Source: Polyangiaceae bacterium (GTDB taxonomy: Bacteria; Myxococcota_A; Polyangia; Polyangiales; Polyangiaceae). From it: DNA of 64,000 nucleotides. Position numbers and translations under genes: made by a program. Shown here piece after piece: positions 8,510-17,416 of the stretch. Location of the stretch: positions 319,577 through 383,576 of the forward strand of contig JBNKBE010000003.1 in assembly GCA_050287085.1 (NCBI GenBank), written 5' to 3'. The stretch's first letter is position 1; every line of letters begins with the position of its first letter. The notes beneath the pieces were generated by a model, which saw nothing but the letters and a program-made list of their open reading frames with translations, did not search any database and was not told where the DNA came from.

Positions 8510-9996
8510 TGTTGCCCTCCCGCCGATACCTTGCTCGCGATTATTCTCGCCATGGCCGAAAGCGCGGGGTCCTGCGGGTATTCGGTCGCAAGCCTGCGGT
8601 AGCGCGTCAACGCCTTGTCGTAATCGCCGTTCAGATACGCCGCCGCCGCCTCGTCGGTATTGAGCACGACGGGCCCGTCTGCCGGGGCCGGCTCGGGGGT
8701 AGCCGTCTTGGTGTCCGAAGAGGAAGGCTTACCATCAAGAGCCTCCAGCGCCTCCCCCTCCTGAGCCGGCGTCGCCCCTGCGCTCGACGCACTGGGAGCC
8801 AAAGCCGACGCACTGGGAGCGGGAATAGCGGGACTATTAGCCTGGTCCGCAGCCGCAATTTGTTCACGAAGCGCCGGCGAGCTTGAGCCGGCACTGTCGC
8901 GCGATTCGAAAAGAAAAGTGGCGCCCAGAACAAGCAGCGCCACAACCGCCCCAAGGCCCAGAAATAGCGTTCGTGTGGGAACCCCCCCCTTGGCGTCTTT
9001 CGACTTGGCTCCTCGTCCCGAGCCCTTGAGCTTCTGCACGAGCTCCGGCGAAACGCCATCCGCCTCCATTGTCATCAGGCCCCAATGCCCCCCCGCCTTA
9101 CTGCTGTCGGACGAAACAGCCTGGATGGGTCCAGTTACGAGACCGCCGCCCGCTGGGGGTCGTCCCGATTCTGGGGTTGAGCCAGCCAGTGCCGCGGCCG
9201 GTCGCCGGGCAAAGTCCGAGGCCGACATTTCAACCGTCGCTCGGCCCCCGGTTGGAGCATGCGGTCGCAAGCTTGCCGGGATGCCGCTATCGCCGTCCGA
9301 CTGGAGCCTTGCTCCGCTCTCGAGCTGAGCAGACGTCGCTCCGGGGCCAGCTTGTGCCACTTGCCAAGCTGATGCGCTGAGCGGAGATGGCACCCCAACA
9401 GAAGAAACGGGATGAGCGTCGGTCACCCCAAGTCCAGCTGGCGCCCGCTCCCCGAAGCCCGCCGGCTGGGGCAGACCGGAAAGAGGCATGGCCGCCGTCG
9501 GTACCTCGGCCGCCGTGGGGCCCACTCCTCGAAAAGACGCGCTCGACCCGTCGGGAAGACTCCCGGGGCGCGAACTCCAGGCGGCGGCGCCTGCCTGAGG
9601 GAGCTGAAGCGCGCTTGCCGCTCCTGAGTCCGCCGACGCAAGCGGAGGCTCCGCCGCCATATAATTTGCCCCTCCCGCCGTCGGGTCACCTGCGCGCCAA
9701 TCCGGGCCCGCCGCGCCCAACTGCGTCCTTTGCAGAAGCTCCTGACGCGCCGGGCCCTGCGCTCGCTCTGAACCCGGGTGGGACACATCCACCGGGGGCG
9801 CCATGACCATCGTGCCGAACGCACCTCTCGCGCTGGTCGGTGCCGGCCCGACGGGCATGCGACTCCCTTCCGGAGCGATTGCTTGGATAGGCGTCCCCAT
9901 CACCTGGGTGCGCAGCAAGGCCTTGTTCGGGCTCGTCCCGGCACGGGGAGACGCCTCGCTTTCGGGTCGGCTTTCGGGTCGCTTTGGGTCGGTCAT
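8506..9996 (-). CDS. Tad-operon bitopic protein: long disordered N-terminal region, one TM helix, C-terminal TPR-like helix pair
   Basis: ATG 9996 forms an ATGA overlap with the cpaF2 stop; Pro/Ala/Ser/Gly-rich region; TM LFLGLGAVVALLVLGATFLF; AAAAYLNGDYDKALTRYRRLATEYPQDP is TPR-like. Confidence 0.7.
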   Translation of the reverse strand: MTDPKRPESRPESEASPRAGTSPNKALLRTQVMGTPIQAIAPEGSRMPVGPAPTSARGAFGTMVMAPPVDVSHPGSERAQGPARQELLQRTQLGAAGPDWRAGDPTAGGANYMAAEPPLASADSGAASALQLPQAGAAAWSSRPGSLPDGSSASFRGVGPTAAEVPTAAMPLSGLPQPAGFGERAPAGLGVTDAHPVSSVGVPSPLSASAWQVAQAGPGATSAQLESGARLQSDGDSGIPASLRPHAPTGGRATVEMSASDFARRPAAALAGSTPESGRPPAGGGLVTGPIQAVSSDSSKAGGHWGLMTMEADGVSPELVQKLKGSGRGAKSKDAKGGVPTRTLFLGLGAVVALLVLGATFLFESRDSAGSSSPALREQIAAADQANSPAIPAPSASALAPSASSAGATPAQEGEALEALDGKPSSSDTKTATPEPAPADGPVVLNTDEAAAAYLNGDYDKALTRYRRLATEYPQDPALSAMARIIASKVSAGGQQ

Positions 9997-11108
9997 GATT
10001 GCGCTCGTCGGATGGCGGCGTACATCGCGTCCGGCAAATCGTACCCTGCTGCCTGCAGAGCCGACAAGCATTCCGGCCGATTTCCAGTAGCTTCAAGTTG
10101 GCTTTCTTGAAGCGAGGTACCCCGCGTCCCGGTGTAGCGGCGAACGTACAAGTCGTTGAGAACGTAGCGGTTCCCCTCGTCGCAGCCGACCACTTCCGTG
10201 ATGTGCGTCACGCCTCGAGAGCCATCCGCCAGACGCGCCACCTGCACGATCGCATTCACAGCGGAGGCAATCTGCGTCCGAAGGGCAGTGAGCGGCAGTT
10301 CGACGTTGCTCATCAACGCCATGGTCTCTAGCCGGCTGAGCGTATCCTTCGGATAGGTCGCGTGAACGGTGGACAGACACCCACCGTGGCCTGAGGTCAT
10401 CGCCTGCACTAACTCCAAGGCCTCACCTCCACGGATTTCGCCGACCACGATGCGATCCGGACGCATGCGCAGGGTGGCCTTGAATAGATCGCGAATGGTG
10501 ATCTGCCCCCGCCCGCGGGGGTCTGGCGGGCGGGCTTCCAATTGCACAACGTGATTCTGCTGCAACTGAAGTTCGCGAGCGTCCTCGATCACCACAACGC
10601 GGTCCCCACTCGGAATGAACGAGGAAAGACAATTGAGCAGGCTGGTCTTGCCGGAGCCGGTTCCGCCGGCAACAATGACGTTTTGTTTGGCGGCAACGAT
10701 GGCCTGCATCACGGACGCCGCGTCGGACGTGACAGATCCAAACTGCAGCAGCTTATCGATCGTCAAAGTGTCTTTAGAGAAGCGCCGAATGGCCACGGAC
10801 GGACCCTCTGGCGAGATGGGCGGAAGCAAAGCTTCGATGCGTGAGCCATCAGGAAGGCGCCCTTCCAAGATGGGGTGCAGCTCGTCCAAAGGACGCCCTA
10901 CAAACTGGGCAATATTACGCAGCGCGCTCATCAGCTGCTCAACGGACTTGAAAGACGCCTCGGTCTTGTGAATCTGCCCCTTGCGCTCGATGAAGATCTC
11001 GCTGGGTCCGTTGATCATCACCTCACTGACGCTCGGGTCGTCGAGAAATGGGATGATCGGGGCCAGAAAACCACGAATCGACTCTTCGTAGACATTCTTC
11101 GGGATCAC
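9993..11108 (-). CDS. cpaF: CpaF/TadA-family pilus ATPase, second copy (short, no FHA)
   Basis: DPSVSEVMING, Walker A GGTGSGKT, Asp box IEDAREL, LRMRPDRIVVGEIRG, His box GHGGCLSTVHA. Confidence 0.93.
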   Translation of the reverse strand: MIPKNVYEESIRGFLAPIIPFLDDPSVSEVMINGPSEIFIERKGQIHKTEASFKSVEQLMSALRNIAQFVGRPLDELHPILEGRLPDGSRIEALLPPISPEGPSVAIRRFSKDTLTIDKLLQFGSVTSDAASVMQAIVAAKQNVIVAGGTGSGKTSLLNCLSSFIPSGDRVVVIEDARELQLQQNHVVQLEARPPDPRGRGQITIRDLFKATLRMRPDRIVVGEIRGGEALELVQAMTSGHGGCLSTVHATYPKDTLSRLETMALMSNVELPLTALRTQIASAVNAIVQVARLADGSRGVTHITEVVGCDEGNRYVLNDLYVRRYTGTRGTSLQESQLEATGNRPECLSALQAAGYDLPDAMYAAIRRAQS

Positions 11109-11800
11109 GGGCTTGTCTCCCCTTGGGGTGCCACGTCGGCAGCGGGAGGCGCAATAGCCTGCTCGTTTGAAGGCACAACGCTCGAGGATTGTCCTGTAGC
11201 CGCAGCTACCTCGCCGGATGCGGGATGCGCGGCAAGCCAGCGCCGGACCTCGCGTCCATGCTTGCCCGCGCTATCCACCTGCAGATACCGTTCATAGTAG
11301 AGCCGCGTGGCCGCCGGATCAGCGCTCACCTGCCAGAGAGTCTTGCCGTATAGGAACAGGACCTGCGGAGCGTTGGGGTCGAGCTCCAATGCAAAACGCA
11401 GCTGCTCAAGCCCCCGGTCCGGTTGGCCAAGGCCGACGTAGAGTGAGCCAGCCAAAGCGCGCAGCGCGACATCGTCTGGCTCGACCTCCAACTCCCGAAG
11501 TGCGTAGTTTAACGCAGAGCGCAGACGCGAAGCCTCCAAACACACGCGCAGCAATTCCTCCAGCACTGCGCGGCGCGGATAGCCAGCCGTGCGTGCCGCA
11601 TTGAAGTAGTGCTCCGCCTTCACGTTGTCTCCCGCCTGCGCATAGAGCTGGGCTGTCTGAAACAACTTTGTTGGATCCGCCTGCGCAACAGTGCTCGGCA
11701 CTTTGGCTTCCTCGGATGAATGTCCACAGGACATCGCACCGGTCAGCATCACCACGCCCGCCACGCCCCAGAGGGAAGCACGTTGTCCCGAAAGCACCAC
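11105..11800 (-). CDS. TPR lipoprotein (TadD/pilotin-like)
   Basis: Lipobox GAMS-C; TPR helices such as ALAGSLYVGLGQPDRGLEQLRFALELDPNAP; start and stop overlap both neighbours. Confidence 0.78.
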   Translation of the reverse strand: MVLSGQRASLWGVAGVVMLTGAMSCGHSSEEAKVPSTVAQADPTKLFQTAQLYAQAGDNVKAEHYFNAARTAGYPRRAVLEELLRVCLEASRLRSALNYALRELEVEPDDVALRALAGSLYVGLGQPDRGLEQLRFALELDPNAPQVLFLYGKTLWQVSADPAATRLYYERYLQVDSAGKHGREVRRWLAAHPASGEVAAATGQSSSVVPSNEQAIAPPAADVAPQGETSP

Positions 11801-12630
11801 TATCGCCCCTTGAGCTGGTGCTCGATACGACTTCCCAAGCGCACGAGTTGATCTACCTCAGGCAGAGCTTCCCCATGCAGCAGCTTCAGAAGCTCACGAA
11901 CGTTGTCCAAGGCGCGGGGCAAATCCTTGTTTTCTAGCGCCAATTCGAGACGCAGTCGCGCGGCCGTGATATCCGTTCGGACTCGCTCTTGCCAACGGAT
12001 GCCGGCCTCAGCGGTACGTTTGGCGCCATCAGCGTCGCCCGCTTTGCCGTAACACGAGCTCGCTTCCGCCAATAGACGTCCCGCAAGTACCCCGTCGTGC
12101 GGGTCAAAAACGTAGCGTTCCTGCTTTGCCGCTGCACCGCGCTCCGCCTCGTGAGCACGATGCAGCGGCTGACCTTCGGCGGCTCCGCACGGAACCGGAC
12201 CAAAAAGCTCGGGGATCTTGATCTCATTGGCGGCGCTACCGTCCACCTTCTCGGGCGCAAAGAAGGATAGGACCATGATGGCAACGGCCGCCGCCGCCGC
12301 AACCAATATCACTGGAGATGGCCCCCCTTTGCCAACAACCGATTCAGTGCGTGCCACCGTAAACCGGTACGCACCCACGAAGAAGTCGGCATCGTAGGGG
12401 ATCAGGCCGCCGACAAAATCCTTGCCCTCATGCATCATCGGGGGCGCGCCGTGGGCAAGTCGCAACTTAACCCCATCGTCCATGGGCTTGACCGAGAAAT
12501 GCTGACCCAACATCTGAGCGTCTTCGAAGCGAATGGCGCTGTCTGAACCGCTACCGATGATGGCGCGTTCGACGATCTGAAATCGGCGTTCAGGCTCTCC
12601 AGCGCGCGAAGCCTTGAGGGTTGCTTTCAT
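11800..12630 (-). CDS. Degenerate FHA-like domain plus TM plus periplasmic helical domain protein
   Basis: ATG 12630 overlaps the tadC stop (TGATG); AIIGSGSDSAIRFED...QHFSV has an FHA-like pattern; TM VILVAAAAAVAIMVLSFF. Confidence 0.65.
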   Translation of the reverse strand: MKATLKASRAGEPERRFQIVERAIIGSGSDSAIRFEDAQMLGQHFSVKPMDDGVKLRLAHGAPPMMHEGKDFVGGLIPYDADFFVGAYRFTVARTESVVGKGGPSPVILVAAAAAVAIMVLSFFAPEKVDGSAANEIKIPELFGPVPCGAAEGQPLHRAHEAERGAAAKQERYVFDPHDGVLAGRLLAEASSCYGKAGDADGAKRTAEAGIRWQERVRTDITAARLRLELALENKDLPRALDNVRELLKLLHGEALPEVDQLVRLGSRIEHQLKGR

Positions 12631-13550
12631 CAGAAACTCCCGCCGCCTGAAAGAAAAGGTCCCATCAATAAGATGAGAATACACCCCATGAGCAGCATCA
12701 TGGGGATAATCATGAACACCCCAGCACGAGCGGCCGCCTCCTCTGCTAGCACGCTCCTCCGCATCCGCGCCGAAGTCGCCTGGATCCGAAGGGCGTCGGC
12801 GATTGGATTGCCCTTCTCCTCCGCCTGAATCAAGGCTCGCGTGAAGTCACGGACAGCATCGGTCGGCACACGCTCTTCAAGTTCCGTCAAGGCTTGCTTT
12901 CGAGTCTGTCCTAGCTCAAGCCCGCGCAGCAAGCCTCCAAGCTCTTGGGCGACGACATCCTGCTCGTCTCCCCCTTCGCTGATCTGACGGAGCGCTCCAG
13001 GAAAATCCATCCCCGCCCCCATGCACATGGCCGCCACATCGAGCGCTGCCGGCAGGCCCCGGTCCATGCGCTTCTGACGGCTGGCGGCCTCATTTCCCAG
13101 CTGGGAATGAATCAGCCAGTAGCCCGCACCGGCCCCGATGGCTATCCAAAGAAGGCCTCCGTCGGTCCACACCATCACGGCAGCTCCCATGGAACCACAT
13201 GCCCCAATGCCCACGAGCAACATCGCGATGTACTCGTCTTCAGTAAGACCTAGGTAATAGCCGGCTTCCACGAGACGCTGACCTTGCACCGCCCCCCACT
13301 CGGACAGTCGGGCACCGAGCCCAAAAGGATTGGTGCGCCTGAGCTCCGCCAGAACGGCCCCAATCCGTCGAATCAGTGGCTCCGCCACGCGAAATCCGCT
13401 GTTCTCTTCCAAAGCCAGAGTGCGCTGACGGCCTCGACTGCCCAACGTCGGACGGGCGATCAAGGGTACGGCTAGAAACCCGTACACCAGCCAGCCGAGC
13501 CCAACGAAAAGCAGGCCGATCGCGGGGTAGCGCAGAAGTGAGTAGTCCAC
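12630..13550 (-). CDS. tadC: Tad inner-membrane platform protein TadC (T2SS-F family)
   Basis: LPAALDVAAMCMGAGMDFPGAL, LELGQTRKQAL, LIQAEEKGNPIADALRIQA, RRSVLAEEAAAR plus a C-terminal TM. Confidence 0.9.
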   Translation of the reverse strand: MDYSLLRYPAIGLLFVGLGWLVYGFLAVPLIARPTLGSRGRQRTLALEENSGFRVAEPLIRRIGAVLAELRRTNPFGLGARLSEWGAVQGQRLVEAGYYLGLTEDEYIAMLLVGIGACGSMGAAVMVWTDGGLLWIAIGAGAGYWLIHSQLGNEAASRQKRMDRGLPAALDVAAMCMGAGMDFPGALRQISEGGDEQDVVAQELGGLLRGLELGQTRKQALTELEERVPTDAVRDFTRALIQAEEKGNPIADALRIQATSARMRRSVLAEEAAARAGVFMIIPMMLLMGCILILLMGPFLSGGGSF

Positions 13551-13559
13551 GATAGCCTC

Positions 13560-14414
13560 CTAGACGTCCACGGCGAGAATCTTACGGGCGAGAAGGCCAG
13601 CGCTGATCCACAGGATAGCCGCGCCGCTCAGAAGAAGATTTCCCATGAACGTTTCGAACATGGGCTTGAAGAACTCCGGCATCATGGAGTTGATCGAAAA
13701 GAAGAGCGGGATAGGAATAGCGCTGATAACCCACGCCTGGGCTTTGCCTTCAGCTGTCTTGGTCCGTACCACACCCTCGAGCCGCGCCATTTCGCGTAAG
13801 CTCTCGGCTGCACGCTCCAAAGTATGTGGCAGGTTTCCACCACTTGAGCGCGCGACAACCAGGGTCGACATCACCGTACGCACCGATCGACTGCCGATGC
13901 GCTCTGCCCCGAGGGTCAACGCGCGGTCCAGCGGCGTGCCCAGATGGTACTCCTTCAAAATGAGGTCGATCTCATCCCGAATCGGAGGCTCCACAATGGT
14001 GAGCGTCGCCTGCAGTGAATCTCCGATCGCCGGCGTTGCCTTTAGTGCATTGGCTAGCGACGTGACCCATCCATCGAGCTGTTCCTCGATCCGGTTCACG
14101 CGCTTGGCATGCTGCTGCCCCAGAATCACATTCGCCAGCGGAACCGCACATAACACCACTGCTCCCAAGAGTGGCAGCCACAGCAGCAACAGCACGGACG
14201 CCGCGATGGCGAGGCCCTGTCCAAGCACGAAGGTCTCCGCCTTCGTCTTCGAATGCATGAGCTTCAGCTTGCTGGCGATCGACGCGGTGTACGCCCGCAA
14301 GCGAGCGCGCGTCTTGGTCTCATAAGGAATCAACTCGTAGGCCAAGAACGTACTGAGCCCAAGGCTCAACAGCGCTAGCGCCAACCGACCCCAAATGTAC
14401 GCGGGTACACTCAT
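13560..14414 (-). CDS. tadB: Tad inner-membrane platform protein TadB (T2SS-F family)
   Basis: EQLDGWVTSLANALKA, EYHLGTPLDRAL, SGGNL...LRE, TAEGKAQA; ATG 14414 in ATGA overlap with the cpaF1 stop. Confidence 0.9.
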   Translation of the reverse strand: MSVPAYIWGRLALALLSLGLSTFLAYELIPYETKTRARLRAYTASIASKLKLMHSKTKAETFVLGQGLAIAASVLLLLWLPLLGAVVLCAVPLANVILGQQHAKRVNRIEEQLDGWVTSLANALKATPAIGDSLQATLTIVEPPIRDEIDLILKEYHLGTPLDRALTLGAERIGSRSVRTVMSTLVVARSSGGNLPHTLERAAESLREMARLEGVVRTKTAEGKAQAWVISAIPIPLFFSINSMMPEFFKPMFETFMGNLLLSGAAILWISAGLLARKILAVDV

Positions 14415-16138
14415 AGGTATTCTCCGTCCTCCACAAGTCCATTCGTAATGAACTGGTCCAAAAACGTCGGCAGGTAGCCGGTCGCTCGAAACTCTCCTTC
14501 GATCTTCCCCTTGGGGCTCGTGCCCGTTCGCACGTATGCGAAGATCTCGTTGATCTCGATTTCGCCGTCGTCGCCAATACCGCAAACTTCAGCAACACTC
14601 GTAACGCGACGACTGCCATCGGAGAGTCGAGTCTGCTGGAGGATGATGTGAACGCTGGCTGCGATCTGCGAGCGGATCGCCCGTATCGGCAAGTCCATAC
14701 CCGCCATAAGACACAACGTCTCAATCCTGGCTATCGCCTCTTTCGGACTGTTGGCATGTGTGGTCGTCATCGACCCTTCATGCCCAGTATTCATCGCCTG
14801 AAGCATGTCGATGGCCTCCCCCCCGCGACACTCACCGACCACGATGCGATCCGGTCGCATGCGCAACGCGTTCTTCACCAAATCGCGAATGGAGTATTCA
14901 CCCTTACCTTCGAGGTTGGCGGGGCGTGATTCAAGAGAAACGACATGAGTCTGGGCCAGCTGAAGCTCTGCGGCATCTTCGATAGTAACGACTCGTTCCG
15001 ACTCAGGTATCGATGCCGACAAGACGTTCAGCAATGTCGTCTTGCCACTGCCCGTTCCGCCTGAGATGACAATGTTGCGCCGAACGCGTACCGCGCGGTC
15101 CAGAAACCGCGCGATCCGGTCTGTCATCGCCCCGAAGCTTATCAAGTCCTTGATCGTCAGCGGGGTCTTCGCAAACTTGCGGATCGTGATGCAGGGGCCC
15201 TTGATGGCCAAGGGCGGAATCACCGCGTTGACGCGCGAGCCGTCTTTGAGACGAGCATCGACCAGCGGCGTCGATTCATCGATCCTTCTCCCAAGCGGAG
15301 TCACGATGCGTTCGATAGCCGCACGCACGGATTCGTTGTCCGTAAAGCGAGTGCCGGTCATCTCTAGGCGCCCGCGACGTTCGACGAAGATCGTCTGCGG
15401 ATCGACCACCATGATCTCGGAAATATCGGGGTCGGCGAGCAGGTCCTCGAGTGGTCCGAGTCCCAGAGCCTCGTTGGTTAGCTCCTGAATCAGAAGTTCG
15501 CGATCGGCGTGCGCAGGCAGTTCGGACGCCAGTTGGACCACGATACGACGCAGCGCATTGACCACCTTCTCGCGCAACGACGGGTCGGCAAGCGCGTGAC
15601 GATCCAGCGTTGGAAGGTCGAGATTGTCCAGCAGTTGTCGCTGAATGCGTCTTCGCAAGAGCGGTGACTCAACGCCTGAACTCCGGGAGCGAACCGGTGG
15701 CAACTCCGCCATGGAGAGCTGAGGTCGCCGTGACTGGGAAGGCTTGGCGACGGCGGACTGCGGCGAAGGAGTCCGCACCACCGGGACGGCCGCTGCGGAC
15801 GGCTGAGCGGATACCGAGTCCGATGCCTGCCCGCAGTTGATGACGAGACGGTACGGGCCAAGGACAAGCTGCACCGGGTCGAACATCGGCAGCCTGCGAG
15901 AAGCTTTGCTCAGCAACGAATCGTTGACCAGGGTCCCATTGGACGAGAAGTCCGTCACCTCCAGTTGCTCGTCGCGAATGCGCAATGCAACGTGCCGCCG
16001 CGAGATCGACGCCGCGTCCAGGATCAGATCGCAGGACTCGTCGCGGCCGAGCCAAAACGGCTCCGCCGTCAGCGGGTGGCGGCGCACATCTGGCGCACCG
16101 CCACCGTCCTTCTGCACCCGAAACTCAGCCGACACCAT
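14411..16138 (-). CDS. cpaF: CpaF/TadA pilus ATPase with N-terminal FHA domain
   Basis: FHA motifs LGRDESCD, ISRRH, DFSSNGT; ATPase motifs GLGPLEDLLADPDISEIMV, GGTGSGKTT, IEDAAEL, LRMRPDRIVVGECRG, GHEGSMTTTHANS. Confidence 0.95.
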   Translation of the reverse strand: MVSAEFRVQKDGGGAPDVRRHPLTAEPFWLGRDESCDLILDAASISRRHVALRIRDEQLEVTDFSSNGTLVNDSLLSKASRRLPMFDPVQLVLGPYRLVINCGQASDSVSAQPSAAAVPVVRTPSPQSAVAKPSQSRRPQLSMAELPPVRSRSSGVESPLLRRRIQRQLLDNLDLPTLDRHALADPSLREKVVNALRRIVVQLASELPAHADRELLIQELTNEALGLGPLEDLLADPDISEIMVVDPQTIFVERRGRLEMTGTRFTDNESVRAAIERIVTPLGRRIDESTPLVDARLKDGSRVNAVIPPLAIKGPCITIRKFAKTPLTIKDLISFGAMTDRIARFLDRAVRVRRNIVISGGTGSGKTTLLNVLSASIPESERVVTIEDAAELQLAQTHVVSLESRPANLEGKGEYSIRDLVKNALRMRPDRIVVGECRGGEAIDMLQAMNTGHEGSMTTTHANSPKEAIARIETLCLMAGMDLPIRAIRSQIAASVHIILQQTRLSDGSRRVTSVAEVCGIGDDGEIEINEIFAYVRTGTSPKGKIEGEFRATGYLPTFLDQFITNGLVEDGEYL

Positions 16139-16159
16139 CGCGCTACCTCGCGGAAAACA

Positions 16160-17416
16160 TCACTTCGAGGCTTTGGACGAAGCGCCCTTGCTGGCGTTGT
16201 GTGCCCCCTTGCCTTTGGGTGGCAATAGCGGTCCCGTGAGCTCTATGCCTTCGAGGTCACCGCTGTAGTCCTCGAAGATCTGGAACGCTTCCTGTATCTG
16301 CTGCCGCGCTGAGAGGTCTACCGAATCGACCACCGACGGAACGATGAAAAGAACATTCTCCGTATTCTGGTCAACGGCTCCCCAAGAACCAAATAGCGGA
16401 CCCAACACCGGAATCTGGCTGAGGCCCGGCAGACCACTCTGACTTCGGATTGAAGACTGCGCCACCAGGCCCCCCAACATGACCGACTGCCCGAGCTCTA
16501 GATTGATGACCGAAGAAACTCGCGACGTCGTGCGTCCGGGGGTGCCGGTCCCGCGGTCATCCGTCAGGTCGGCAACGTCGGCAGCCACCACGAGCTCGAG
16601 CCGGCCACTCTCCGCATCATAGCGGGGCAGCACCGACACCGTGCTCCCAAACTTGATGCTGATGACCCCCGTATTGAGGGCGTTTTGAATGGGGATATTC
16701 ACTTCGCCGCCGCCCGAGAACTCAGCCTGCGTGCCGTTGGCCGTGATGACCGTGGCGTGGCGCACCAGCTTGGCGTGCCCGGTGACCTGAGCCAAGTCGA
16801 GACGTGGCAACAGCTGACTTGCGCTGAGCGCTGCCGACTGCAAGGCACCGCTCTGCAAGTCGACGGCAAAGGTTGCGGACGCCTGAGAGGGATATCCCGC
16901 TGGCCACGCAATGCCTAGCTGATGATTGTAGCCCTGATCCAACTGTAAGAAGTAGAGATCGAGTCTAACGTTGTCTTTGAGTTCAACCGCGTAGGGATTC
17001 TCCGGCTCCACCGCCCGGATGTCGCTGGATGCGTTCGGATCGGCGACGGTGATGCGGTATTGACGCTGGCTACCGTCGGACATCAATAGCAGCAAGGTCG
17101 TTGCGCCAGGCCGAAGTGCGACGATTACGAAGTTGTCAGAGCTGGTCGTCAATCGCACGTCGACGATGCCCTTGACGCCCTCGGAAAACGAGTTGACTCC
17201 GTCGCTGGAAATCACCTTCTGCTCGCCGACATTCATGTTGAGCTCGATGAGCGTCGGAGCGGCCGCAGCAACGGGCACGAGAGCTTCGGCCTGGTACGCG
17301 AACGGGGCTCCCAAAGCCGCGAGGATCATGCAGCGGTGCAGCGTCCGCCAACGGCAAGCTCTGCCCAAGGTGGTGCTGCGCCCAGGCAACTTATCGACCA
17401 ACTTATTAGTGAACAC
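16160..17416 (-). CDS. cpaC: Tad secretin CpaC/RcpA
   Basis: Pilus N-terminal domain (VIVALRPGATTLLL); secretin motifs AEFSGGGEVNIP, KFGSTVSVLP, LELGQSVMLGGL, GLPGLSQIPVLGPLFGS. Confidence 0.88.
   Translation of the reverse strand: MFTNKLVDKLPGRSTTLGRACRWRTLHRCMILAALGAPFAYQAEALVPVAAAAPTLIELNMNVGEQKVISSDGVNSFSEGVKGIVDVRLTTSSDNFVIVALRPGATTLLLLMSDGSQRQYRITVADPNASSDIRAVEPENPYAVELKDNVRLDLYFLQLDQGYNHQLGIAWPAGYPSQASATFAVDLQSGALQSAALSASQLLPRLDLAQVTGHAKLVRHATVITANGTQAEFSGGGEVNIPIQNALNTGVISIKFGSTVSVLPRYDAESGRLELVVAADVADLTDDRGTGTPGRTTSRVSSVINLELGQSVMLGGLVAQSSIRSQSGLPGLSQIPVLGPLFGSWGAVDQNTENVLFIVPSVVDSVDLSARQQIQEAFQIFEDYSGDLEGIELTGPLLPPKGKGAHNASKGASSKASK

Noticed and set aside
11800..17416. Type III or type II secretion system
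   Set aside because: Secretin, FHA and GspF-like domains are explained by Tad context (cpaB, flp, cpaA, tadE/G); no export-apparatus genes are present.
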